Positions 22,359 through 33,754 of a stretch of 33,754 nt of DNA are shown here, piece after piece; positions within the stretch are counted from its first letter, which is position 1; the number at the start of each line of letters is the position of its first letter. The stretch is taken from NCBI GenBank assembly GCA_031763465.1, contig JARFOE010000192.1:14910864-14944617 (forward strand), written 5' to 3'. This stretch comes from Squatina squatina. Its lineage: Eukaryota. A program made the position numbers and the translations under genes. The notes beneath the pieces were generated by a model, which worked only from the letters and a program-made list of their open reading frames with translations, was not told the DNA's origin and made no database searches.

Positions 22359-25300
22359 NNNNNNNNNNNNNNNNNNNNNNNNNNNNNNNNNNNNNNNNNN
22401 NNNNNNNNNNNNNNNNNNNNNNNNNNNNNNNNNNNNNNNNNNNNNNNNNNNNNNNNNNATGAGGGTTCTCTTCATAATGCAATCCTGAGATTTGAGCAGT
22501 ACCTTGTAGTCTGAATGTATGTATACAGTCATGACAAGGGAGACATTTTCCTTTTAATTGGATCCTTGTTTTTAAAAGTACATTGCACACCTTTAAGAAC
22601 AACTAGCAGCTCTTTAAGGACTGCTGCCACTGCAAATTCTGCCCCATTTGTTTGGCGTACTGCATACACTGCCTGTTAGGAGTGCTTACCAAGTGTACAA
22701 ATGCACTCCAGCATCGCAATATGTCTCCTTTGTTTAATAAGATCATAAATGCATTCTTCATAAACCAGTTTTCAATTTTATTACACCCAGCTCAGAGAAA
22801 GTCTTCCCCCAAATGTGGGCTCCTAGGGATAAAACTTTGTTTAGCTTATAAATACTTGAAGTTGTGAACACATACTCTTATCATTAGTCCTGCCACCCAC
22901 ATACAACATTGACAGCAATGGGGAAGATATTTTTAAATTATCAGCCAGATTAATGTTTGACAATAATTTACCTTTGCCCCCAAGTCTCCTGTTAAAGACA
23001 GCAGCCATTTCCCATTACTTAGCATGACAGTTGGTAGATTTACACTGGCACAAAGAAACTTACCGCATACACGTGTCTTTCTGCACATGCTGCTCTTATT
23101 CCCCACCCCATAAAAAAACACAGACCTTCCAAATCTGATGCATTTAAAATTGGGTTAAACATAAATACTTGAAAAATAAGTCCAACCTGGCCTGATTGAT
23201 GTCTGTTTATGAATAGCTATCTCGGGGTGATATCATTGATACCTTCTACTTCACAATGTTTATAGACTGAAATAACTCTGGCACAGTTTCACAATTCTGG
23301 AATTAACCTAAAACACATTTCCAGCAATTAAATGGTCAGATAATCAGTAAATGAAAATGTCCTGCACCACAAAGCGACAAATGTCTTACAATTATAATTA
23401 ATCTTCAGTCATGTCAGTGACAATGAATAAACAGTTCCAACTTGAATAAATAGAGGCCGTGTGCAGTATTAATTCCTTNNNNNNNNNNTCATTGTTATTA
23501 AACAGAAACTCTAGATCCATCCAAATGATTTTGACCTTTCCAGTAAATGCGTTTCACATTTTCCTGATAACTCCTGTGTCGACAAAACAATTCTCGTTTT
23601 TTAGCTGATAACATTCGCTGTGTTTTCCAGTTCACAATTTTCCAAGAACAATGCTGAGCTGTTTGGACTGGAAGTGACTTTGGGTTTTTTGCCATTTTGG
23701 AATGCTGCTAATGGAGTTGAGTCAGAGCTCCAGTCACTGTGTTCATGGACATACAGGCAATGTTTGTTACCTGGTCAGTAGGAAAGTCCAGATCTAGACC
23801 CGATGATGAATGATGATCACTTGTCTCAGTGTCCTGATAAAGGTCAAGGACTGGCANNNNNNNNNNNNNNNNNNNNNNNNNNNNNNNNNNNNNNNNNNNN
23901 NNNNNNNNNNNNNNNNNNNNNNNNNNNNNNNNNNNNNNNNNNNNNNNNNNNNNNNNGAGATGAAGAATGCTTACAGAAACGGTCACTAAAACTTGCAAGA
24001 GGAAAGTAGTGCTAATAGAAAGTACAAAATGCAACGTGTTACTCAGAAATCATAAATGCAAACAAGTGTCGTACTGTTCTCTGTTGCATAGCACATTGGT
24101 GTGCTGATTCGAGTTTATTAATCCTTAAGTGAAACTTCAACAATGTACATAGTAGTAAACATCAGTCATCATAACTAACTTCATTCATTCTGATTAACTT
24201 CATATTACAACTGAAAATAGAAGCAGGCCAAGCCAAAATAGTTCACTGCAAAACTTTATTCTCCAAGTAGTTTTGTACAATACAGGGCTGTACGTAAATA
24301 GGGAAATAAAAATGGTCACTTATTAAAAAAATTAAAAACTGTAATATACATTATTTACAGCTTCAGGTAATCATCATACAGTAAGTGTAACCAAACCCAG
24401 TTCTAAAGTCTAATGCACCTGAAACCACCGAAGGGCGGAACAGTAATAAGTAAACGTGCTACACACAGCCATGTGCTTGAAGCAAAGATTCTTTCANNNN
24501 NNNNNNNNNNNNNNNNNNNNNNNNNNNNNNNNNNNNNNNNNNNNNNNNNNNNNNNNNNNNNNNNNNNNNNNNNNNNNNNNNNNNNNNNNNNNNNNNTTTA
24601 TTTACTAATCATAAACAAACTTAGCCACATCTGGATTCCCATTTAGCTACATGTGAATAGAATGTATTGGACAACATTGCTGTGTTACCACAATGCAACA
24701 TCAAATCCTATTCTTCCTTGCAATAGAGTCTAAGAACATTCAAAGTAAACTTGCAATGAATGTGATTTTAAACCTGTGAAATACAATATAAAAACATGCT
24801 CCTCAGGTCTTGAATAGCCCCATTCCTTTCCCTGGCCCATCTCAAAGCACTCTGCATAGTGCAAGTAGTTGCTAAATGGCATTTGATTATGTAGTCAATC
24901 GGACTACTACTGCATGTGATACTGTCATTTGCCAGGGACAAAGAACAATCCCACTGGCAGATTGGTACCTTGATTTATAATTCATGTTGCAGTGTCTTAT
25001 TTCCTTACCTCTAACTCTGTGGGTAATGTAATTAACTCTTTATTCAGGATTGCTCAACACATTACCGTTCTTATACGGGGGAAAGTTTTTTTTTAAATGT
25101 AATGAGCACATTTTTCCCTTCCTTCCATTTAATACAAAGGGTTATGGTTAGTGTGTTGACCAAAAATGGTCGTTTTATTTTTCCCCAACTGACGTGGAAA
25201 ATATTAACAAATATGTATTTTCTCCAGTTCAAAAATTTCGATTTTAATCTGATTGCACAATTAACCTCAAGTAACCTTGCCTCCTAAATCGATGCTGTTG

Positions 25301-26146
25301 GGTTTAATGCATCAGGTTCGTTTCATCCCATCGCGGCCCTCGGCTTTCCAAGTCACAACTGGAAACAATTGTCACATTTAAATTGCTACACAGTAACACG
25401 CAGACAACTCTGACTGGGGAGAAACTCTGTGCTGGGAATATGCTGCAGGTATTTTCAGAACTGGCCAGCCTTCTCTCGCTGCTCTGGGATCTCATTAGGT
25501 TTAATGGGTATTTTTTTTTCCTCTTTCCCCCTCACTTTAATGCGAGGCCTGGAGCAGCCAGCGTCAGGTCAGCCCCCCCGGTTTACAGCTGCTGCAATCA
25601 CTTCACTTCAGTCCTTTCCTCCGCCGACCCCCGCCGAGCGGCGGCCCCCTCGCCCTCCCCCCCCTTTGTCCCACAGCACCAGACCTCCGCTAGCCTCGGG
25701 AGCTCCTTTGCTAAACCCCTGTGCCCCTCCACTTCTCTCCATGTTTAAGAACCTCCATAAAAACCTATCTCCCCTCCTAATCCACCCTGCATTAGCTTGG
25801 CACCCAATATCATAAATCCTCTATGAAGAGCATAGTACATATTTCCTAAAAATGAACACTATGTAATTACAAGTTATCAATAGAGCTCAACCTATATAGT
25901 AATTTATTTATTAATGTGTTGTATTTTTATCAATTAGCTGCAATAATTAAATTTATTGTTTTAAAAAAATAGTAGATTGAAATATATTGTAAAGTATAAT
26001 AGCAATAGAATACAGTTTGGTGCTCCGCATTAATGGCCTGAGCCTTGGGCTTTGCAATAAACCAAAGTACTCTTCATTTATTAAGTCAAAGGCCAGAGAA
26101 AATCTTGAAGCAGATACTTACTAGAAAAGAGTGTAGGAAAAATTAC

Positions 26147-26219
26147 CTTGTCATGGTGGAAGGTTCAGTGGGTGGAAATCCAAATCCATTGACATGAAAA
26201 ACTCCATCTTCATACCATC
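26147..26219 (-). CDS. POLE2: POLE2 (DNA polymerase epsilon subunit 2) internal exon
   Basis: ttctttacAG|GA TGG TAT GAA GAT GGA GTT TTT CAT GTC AAT GGA TTT GGA TTT CCA CCC ACT GAA CCT TCC ACC ATG ACA AG|GTAATT, 73 nt. Translates to (G)WYEDGVFHVNGFGFPPTEPSTMT(R), matching the POLE2 segment GW.ED.VFHVN.FGFPPTEPS..TR. Confidence 0.9.
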
Positions 26220-26699
26220 CTGTAAAGAATACTTATAATAACTACAATTTCCAGAGTTAATATTGATCATGAAATTACCGAAAAACAATTTTATGATTTA
26301 ACAAATTTACAAAATGGAGTAATCAAATTCTATCTTTTTACACATCACAACATTTGACAAAGTAGGTCCTTTGATATATGATCAAAATTAAAGGACATAA
26401 TCCGAACTTTTCAAGTATTTCAAAGTGAGTGATCTCAAATTTTTATCTAATTTATTCAGAAAAAAATGAAAATTTTGCTAACCACGTATAATACTGCAGA
26501 CATGTTCCAGAAATTGTCTTTGCCATTATTATTACTTACATGCTATAATATGTATAGATCAACTGCATTTAAGTATCAACATTAACTGGTAATCAAATGG
26601 CAATTAAATGGTTATCAAGACTGTTATAATTCTACACACTCAAGGGCAATTTCTGTAGCCAGAGAAACAATTAATTCACAAAGTACAGTATAACTCGTC

Positions 26700-26773
26700 A
26701 CAGAGTAGTAGTCATGGGGGACTTCAACTTCCCCAATATTGATTGGAAACTCTGTGGATCGAGTTGTTTGGAT
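26700..26773 (+). mobile_element. CR1-type LINE endonuclease fragment
   Basis: RVVVMGDFNFPNIDW, an APE endonuclease motif. Confidence 0.8.
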
Positions 26774-26873
26774 NNNNNNNNNNNNNNNNNNNNNNNNNNN
26801 NNNNNNNNNNNNNNNNNNNNNNNNNNNNNNNNNNNNNNNNNNNNNNNNNNNNNNNNNNNNNNNNNNNNNNNNN

Positions 26874-26940
26874 AGACCAAGCTTAGATTGGGTGACCGCT
26901 TTGCAGAACACCTCCGTTCAGTCTGTAAGCGTGATCCCGG
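26874..26940 (+). mobile_element. Penelope-like element GIY-YIG endonuclease fragment
   Basis: TKLRLGDRFAEHLRSVCKRDP matches the (YIGE)TKR.L..RF.EHLRS motif of Penelope-like elements. Confidence 0.75.
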
Positions 26941-27843
26941 ACAGTATGCTGGGATTATGAAGGCTCTAAATTTCTGTGTGCTGTATCGTGACCTTACTTT
27001 TACTCAACCTTGTCCTGTGATAACCACTCAGAAACCATGCACCATTCACTAACTCTACACATTTAGCCTCCTGCATCAGTGTCTGGACTATATCTCATTT
27101 AGATACAACAATGGTTCACTCTTTCAATGAGTTGTCTCTGTATTTAGTCACAAGCACCATTGATAAAGCCCATAATAACCTGCTGATTAACAAGAAGTCT
27201 CCTCACAGTACAGAAATGCCATTTGTGGCAAGTTAACCCATTTCAAAGGTTTTGTCCCGTGATGAGGGGATGGTTCCTAGCTGTGATTCCCATTCTACAT
27301 GCTCTGGTTTCACAGCACTACTTGAAGCAGCTGGAGGATATTCTGTTACAGCTGACTCAGGCAGTGTGATCGGGACATGAAACTGATACTTGTCAGGTAG
27401 AAGGAGGCCTTGTGGCTAATTGCTTGGCTGCACTTGTTCCTTGTGTGAGTAGTAACACTGAGAGAAACAAAAGGATTCCTCGTTACACTGCTATTACTAG
27501 CCCGCCACCAGCAAAGAGCTTTGAAATACTATTTTCATGAGGCGTTTAGGTTCCCACAAAGTCAAGTTTCATGCTGCTTTAACTGTTTAATTACCTACAT
27601 TAGGAATGGATTATCATTGATACGACTGTCACTGAACTAAGAGTGGGTCTCCTCCTGTTTCATTCTTTAGCTGCATCACGACAGACAGTTGTTTCTTTGT
27701 GTGTGTGTGTGAGGGTTTCAGTATCTAAGGGTAAAAATTCTGACGGTGACATTAATGGGAAAGAAATAAAACATGGTGAGACCTCTCCACAGCTATCAAT
27801 GAATGCACATTTCCACCTGAACTTCCAGTTTAGCTCAAATATC

Positions 27844-28108
27844 GGGTATGGTAGTGTAATGGTTATGTTATTGGATTAGTAATCCAGAGACCTAGACTAA
27901 TAATATGGAAGGGAGTTCAAATCTCACCATGATAGTTTATGAATTTGAATTCAGTTTAAAAAAACAAATTTCAGTAAATCTGGAATAAAAAGCTAAAATC
28001 AGTAACAGTGACCATGAAGCTATCAGATTATCATAAAAACCCAACTGGTTCACCATTAGGGAAGGAAACCTGTTGTCCTTACCTTGACTGAGTCCAGACC
28101 CACAGCAA
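27844..28108 (+). mobile_element. tRNA-derived SINE (shark type), interrupted at 28109 by a MITE
   Basis: A-box-like TGGTAGTGTAATGG, B-box-like GAGTTCAAATC, and body AAATCTGGAATAAAA...GACCATGAA...TAGGGAAGGAAACCTG...TCCAGACCCACAGCAA. Confidence 0.75.
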
Positions 28109-28367
28109 GGGCCAAAATTGGTCTTAATCACTTGCCCCGTTAGTGACTCCCAGAGGCACTAACTGGGCGTGTTGAGGGGTTTGTGCCCGGGTGAGGTGGT
28201 ACCACCACCGCCTCCCGCGGAATTCGACTGGCAGTTTGTGGAGGCGCTGCCACATAACGCCCCACTCCCACTGGAAGTATAGGTCTCGTTGGTGCACAGT
28301 GATGATGGCACCATCACCATGCGCATCGCCCCCTGAAGCAACATTGGGCCGTGCCCCCCAAGTTGGG
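28109..28367. mobile_element. Harbinger-like MITE, left portion
   Basis: Starts GGGCCAAAATTGGTC, nearly identical to the terminal repeat of the 29789-30457 element. GC- and CpG-rich body; truncated by a gap. Confidence 0.65.
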
Positions 28368-29788
28368 NNNNNNNNNNNNNNNNNNNNNNNNNNNNNNNNN
28401 NNNNNNNNNNNNNNNNNNNNNNNNNNNNNNNNNNNNNNNNNNNNNNNNNNNNNNNNNNNNNNNNNNNCTGATTGTAATGGTATTGAGGACCAAGGTGAGA
28501 GAGTATAAATTACACCAATGCTGCTGGAATAGATGGCAGGTGAAGTAGAAATGACAGAAGCGATCAGTCAATGGTGGGAGAGTTCATGAGGTCAGACTGG
28601 ATGGAGACTTGTGTAAAGACTTGCAGCATTCCGAATCTGTAGTGGAAATGCAGTTTAGAGAAACTATTGGCTAAGGGAACATTTATCAATCAGCTGGGAG
28701 CTTTAATTTGACATTTGAAGCTGTCAACTCATCAGCTGAAACAGTGACAAGTAGCCTCCCACCTTGGCTTCACATGAGGTCTGGGCACAGCGGGAAACTG
28801 TTTCTGGTCTTGAGCTTTGTTAATTTTGACCTCAGTCACCAAATATGAGACTAATGTGAACGTGCTTGATGTTAAGGTGAAAATGCTTTGAGGTTTGACT
28901 ACAACCATGTGATCTGCTGCTTCGCTTCTTAGTTACATGGGATCAAAAATATAGAGGTAACTATGCCCAAAACTTACATCAGGATATATATAAAATACAC
29001 CTCTAAAACTCACAAATCTGAACACCTTTCCAAATCTAAACTCCTTCACTTCAACCCTATTCTGTTTGCGGGCACTAACCTGAATCATTTTTCAGCCAGC
29101 AAGCACTGTGATAGATTAGTTTGGATGGTGAGAAACTGCACTGAGTGGCCTGGATGTGACCTGACATAGCTCATTACACCCAGCATTGAAGTGTTAGCAC
29201 AAGGATATGACAGAGCACCTCAGCTCAGTCCACAGTGGTCTGTGGCTTAGTCAATGCTGACCAGGGCAGGTTGAGATATGGGGGAGACATGCTTTCATAA
29301 CAAAACCTTTCTGTGACCCCATGTAATGTGTGAAGAAGACAGCCACAGAAATATTGCTGTTGCTTGCCTCTAGTTCCCTCTTTCTGTCGGCATGTGCTGT
29401 TTATTGCAGTTAAACACTAAAATAGCTGTTAAATGATTGTCAGACCCACAGATTCCATATCAGCCAACTTTCTTGCTGAGGTAATTTTGCTTATCACGCA
29501 CATATAAACATATCTCTCACATATCCCAGGGGCTATTGATAAAATTGCTGAGGTCAGTTTGGTTGCACTGTGGTACAAGTCCAGCTTGCTGATTTCAAAA
29601 ATTGTAAAATTGTTTAATTAACATGGACAAGGTCAGGTATCATTTATTTTATTTTATGCTGCCATCATTTCTCACTNNNNNNNNNNGGGCAGAGGATGTC
29701 AATCAACTCAGGATAAAGTTCTGAAATGGCAAATAGTCAAATTTAATCAACTTGCCTAGTAACCTAGAAACACTGATGGAGACCAGGA

Positions 29789-30457
29789 CCGCCCAATTGG
29801 TCTGTTTTAGTGTTGTGGTAGCATCGAAAATGGTGGTACCTGGGCGTTAAAGCAGCGTTAGGGGGGAAAAAAATCTGTTTCCTGAATTGGTGATGGCATC
29901 TCGGTGGCGCAAATGCCTCTTTGCTGGGGATGTCATTGGCACCAGGGTAAAGCGCACGACGTCATCATGTCGATCCCATAGCACCGCCTCGCGACCCCAT
30001 TTTGCAGCCGGAATTGGTCCGCATCGTTGGCAATGACAAGTTCAATCTGTTGTTGCCAAAGACAGTTAAAGGGGAGGCGCTAATACCATCGGCTGCCATC
30101 TTTTTACATTGGCCGACTTTTGCCTCTGCCGATGTATGGCGGCCAATCGGCCCCCAGTACCACTGCCGGCACAGTCTCTGGTATGCCGGCCTTTTCCACC
30201 CCATCCGGCTCTCTGGTGGTGGGCCCCGGGGCTCCGTCACCTCAGCTGGCGGCCCTCCACTTTAACGCAGGGAGAGGGGCCAGGGCTGACACAAGCATGC
30301 TGTCCTCAGCAACATAGGCCGCATTCTCTGGATGAGTGCTGGGTCAGCGCCAGGTCAGCGCTGCGTTGGGGTCAGAAGACAACGTTCCGGGGCCGATGCT
30401 AAAATCCTGTGCACCAGACCAATTCACCCTCAACTCTGGCGCTGACCAATTGGGCCC
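29789..30457. mobile_element. Harbinger-like MITE (about 670 bp)
   Basis: Perfect 12-bp inverted repeat GCCCAATTGGTC (29791-29802) / GACCAATTGGGC (30444-30455) bounding a GC-rich block, with internal copies GAATTGGTG, GAATTGGTC and GACCAATTCACCC. Confidence 0.75.
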
Positions 30458-30485
30458 ATCAGGCCTGTTCATTATAAAATCCATT

Positions 30486-30689
30486 TAAGAACATAGGCTT
30501 TAGGCGCAGGAGTAGGCCATATGGCCCCTCGAGCCTGCACCGCCATTCAACAAGATCATGGCTGATCTTCAACCTCAACTCCACTTTCCATATCCCTTGA
30601 TTCCCCGAGAGTCCAAAAATCTATCTATCTCAGCCATGAATATACTCAACGACTCAGCATCCACAACCCTTTGAGGTTGAGAATTCCAA
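30486..30689 (-). mobile_element. CR1 LINE 3' end
   Basis: TAAGAACATAGG...GGAGTAGGCCATATGGCCCCTCGAGCCTGC...AAGATCATGGCTGATCTT...AGAATTCCAA, homologous to the 16310 copy. Confidence 0.88.
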
Positions 30690-31151
30690 NNNNNNNNNNN
30701 NNNNNNNNNNNNNNNNNNNNNNNNNNNNNNNNNNNNNNNNNNNNNNNNNNNNNNNNNNNNNNNNNNNNNNNNNNNNNNNNNNNNNNNNNCCTAGTAAACC
30801 TACAGTGGTACAAATCTTGAAAATAATACTATATTGTTGAAGCTCAGCATCAATTGAACTCTGTTTAGATACAAAAGTAGGTGTAACAACTTGTGTGTAA
30901 TGTGCTGGTTAGCAACCACATCAAACAACACAAACACCACTAAGCTAGATTTGTTCATGGGAATCTAATATAAAGTTCACATACTCATTGTACCTCTCAA
31001 ATAATTTCTTAATACCTGTTCATTGAAATACAGTACTTGGGCTGTACCCTATTGTCACTGAGAAAATATACACAAGATACATTTAATTTCTTCCAAAATT
31101 ACACATGGTCACCACAGTGCAAGTCCATTATCTCATCTGCTGAAGAATAGG

Positions 31152-31280
31152 GCACATGCACGTATACACATAAACACATACTCATACCCATGTACACTTG
31201 CACACGTACACATAGCCACACATGCACATACTCACACCCATATACACATGCACATATATGTGTGCAGATGAACACACACC
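31152..31280. repeat. Degenerate (CA/TA)n microsatellite
   Basis: Runs of CACA/CATA/TACA. Confidence 0.75.
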
Positions 31281-31736
31281 ATTCCATCTATTCCTCATCA
31301 ACACAGAGCTCTGCAGGCCTGCTTCATTCACTCTAACCTTTAGCTTCTTCACTCTGAACAGCGCAAATCCTGATTGGAGAGTTACAGGCCGCGAGCAAAA
31401 ATTCACCAGTGAAAATCTCCACTACCGACACTATAACTATTGNNNNNNNNNNNNNNNNNNNNNNNNNNNNNNNNNNNNNNNNNNNNNNNNNNNNNNNNNN
31501 NNNNNNNNNNNNNNNNNNNNNNNNNNNNNNNNNNNNNNNNNNTCAGTGTGCTCCATATCTTTGATATATGATGACATTCACACCAGAGGATTAACGATTG
31601 TAACAGACTTACTGGAGACCTGTAAGGAATAGTCTGCAGTTCATTACAGAGGGATTTTATATCCACGATATATTGTAATGGGTTAAGCAACTGCCAACTG
31701 ATTCCTTTTTAAGTGGCTGGTGTTATAAATGTCCCT

Positions 31737-32479
31737 GGGGTCGAAATTGCCCATGCCCCGATTGGGGCCAGGACTTTTAGCGCCTAGTGTATAAGTCCCG
31801 CTCCCGACACAGAATTACCCTTACCGGCTCTGCTTCCTTTGGAGGCAGTAACAGGACGGTGCCGGGCGGGTAGTGCAGCGCTACACGGATGCTTCACATA
31901 GCGCTGATGCGCTACAATGTCCCTCCCCTTGAATTAAAGAGGAGGGCAACTGTGCACTCTTCACGGCCTCCGATGGGCGCCACTGGACCATCACGGGACC
32001 GTGCGACCGGGCCAGCAGCCCAGCACCCAAATCGGCATTCTGGGCTGCAGGATGGTGGCTCGGTCCACGCTAGGGCCGCTATGGTTGGGCCAGCCCAAGA
32101 GTCGGCCCACCAACAAAGGAGGTGGCCCTGGACATTGCAGGCCCACCCTTTAAACAGCGCCCGGGAGCCGATGGACGACAACTTTGCATCTCACGAAGCT
32201 GGCGTTGCCATCAGCTGGCATGGCCTTGCGTCCCGCGGGGCAATTTCCCCCACGGTGCATTAAGGGGTCATCGCTGGGCGCTAAGGGGTCGGTGCACATG
32301 GTGATGATGTCGTCACCGGTTGCACGCTGACCCGGGGCGCTAACCGCAAGGCGCGGCACTGTCAGGACAGCACCTTCCAAACCTCTGGGGCAATTTCCCA
32401 GGAGGCAGTAGCACCCCACTCCCCCAGGCAAAATCTCCGAGGCACTAACGGGACTATAAAAAGGGGCAATTTCACCCCC
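31737..32479. mobile_element. Harbinger-like MITE (about 740 bp)
   Basis: Terminal repeats GGGGTCGAAATTGCCC (31737-31752) and GGGCAATTTCACCCCC (32464-32479) match at 14 of 16 positions. Internal GGGGCAATTTCCC copies near 32237 and 32387; CpG-rich body in AT-rich flanks. Confidence 0.8.
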
Positions 32480-33315
32480 TAGGAGTATTACATAATGATT
32501 TATTTTGTAGAGCCCAACACAACTCTGAATCTGAGCTGTAATGAATTAAGGGCTGTAATGAATGCTAAAGTGATATCCCAGTGCCTTGGATAGTATACAA
32601 AAGATCACATGATAATTACAGNNNNNNNNNNNNNNNNNNNNNNNNNNNNNNNNNNNNNNNNNNNNNNNNNNNNNNNNNNNNNNNNNNNNNNNNNNNNNNN
32701 NNNNNNNNNNNNNNNNNNNNNAGCAAAAGAAACAAAAAAGGGGGCCCTCTTCATGGATCACAGTCATTCTCTCGCTGTGCATCCCATGACAAAAGAACTT
32801 AAGTCTCTGGATAGCACTAATTGAGATTCATTGATTAACCGGGCTAAATAATAGTTGTAGACTAATTATACTGGGCCTCCATTCTAGCACACCTCACAAT
32901 GCAGCCTATTAGAACTTCCTTCCTTCCCTTCCACATGATTAAGGGCTTACAATGCCCAGTTCAGTATTAGAGATCTCCACCCTGAGATTAGAGCTAATAC
33001 ACTGCACTTGCCGGAGTTCGTACACACAAGGCATAATTCAAGGAACCTCGGCAAGTTCAAACATCCTGAAATTTAGAAATGTAAAAGAAATAGTGAAGAC
33101 ATATGAAATGTAGCTCTTGTAGTGAGGGGCGTTGCCAATAGTTTTGCATTTAGCTATCTTGAGTGTTCTAGAAATTTAAACCCTACAGTAGTTGAAGTAA
33201 TTGATTTTTCCCAAGTCAAACTTTTTAGAGGCTAAATGAGCACTGTTAGGACACCACAATTATAGAATAACATGAATTAACCAACTATGAACAAATCCCT
33301 CAGAAGGAAAAAAAA

Positions 33316-33627
33316 ACATGCATTTATATACAATTTGCATTTTTTAGTATCTTTAACATAGTAAAATGTCCGAATGCGCTTAACAGAAGTGTTATGAGAC
33401 CGAAATTGATAGTGAGCCACAAAAGAGATATTACGGGGAGGGGCGGGGTGCAATTAAAAATTTGGTCAAAGATATAGGTTTTAGGGAGGATCTTAAAAGG
33501 AGGAGAGGTGGAGAGATTTAGGGTGAAAATTCCAGAGTGTAGCCTAGAAGGCACGTCCACCGATGATCAAATAGAGGGAATGGGGGATGCATAACAGGCC
33601 AGAAATGAAGGAACGCAGAGTTCTCGG
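33316..33627 (-). mobile_element. L2 LINE 3' end
   Basis: Minus-strand LSTSPPFKILPKTYIFDQIF resembles the L2 ORF2 end (LSTSLSSFKTLLKTYLFDQAF). Tail ...TATATAAATGCATGTT is of the same type as the SINE tail. Confidence 0.8.
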
Positions 33628-33754
33628 TCAACTAACTTAATTTGAAGTCACTTAATTTGAATTACTGGATAATTTGACATTATTTTTATAAAAATTTCTT
33701 TGGATTATCAGCATTAGATTGTGGTGCCTTATCTTATCTGCTGGAAGTTCCAAC

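Noticed and set aside
23498-23856. Two in-frame minus-strand ORFs separated by one stop codon
   Set aside because: No recognisable domain or convincing splice structure; compatible with UTR or intergenic sequence.
27315-27396. Possible exon after tttcacAG (HYLKQLEDILLQLTQAV* or LLEAAGGYSVTADSGSVIGT*)
   Set aside because: All frames stop early and I recognise no homology.
29965-32431. GC-rich short ORFs, or CpG-island promoters, at 30-32 kb
   Set aside because: They fall inside MITEs bounded by inverted repeats and show no recognisable protein motifs.

Overview
Vertebrate genomic DNA, most likely from a cartilaginous fish (shark-type Deu-domain SINEs, CR1/L2 LINEs, Penelope-type tails). It is a fragmented scaffold of short contigs joined by about 19 gaps of exactly 100 N plus a few sized gaps, so most long poly-X ORFs are artefacts. 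Minus strand, 2.4-10.2 kb: part of HIVEP1 (giant exon with the first C2H2 pair and the CCHC finger, then two small exons for the second C2H2 pair). Plus strand, 18.7-20.2 kb: two exons of ADTRP, divergent from HIVEP1 as in the known ADTRP-HIVEP1 linkage. Two isolated exons of unrelated genes also occur: a SUN2-like first coding exon (14664-14785, +) and a POLE2 exon (26147-26219, -) that the ORF track misses. The rest is transposon-rich: two PIF/Harbinger transposase remnants, at least seven related MITE-like elements (two nested in SINEs), a hAT-like end carrying four phased NRF1-type palindromes, and CR1, L2, Penelope and SINE pieces. I do not see a convincing new biological system. The best leads are a candidate in-frame 54-nt HIVEP1 exon, the palindrome array upstream of ADTRP, the Harbinger MITE family, and the two out-of-place exons, which may be scaffolding errors.
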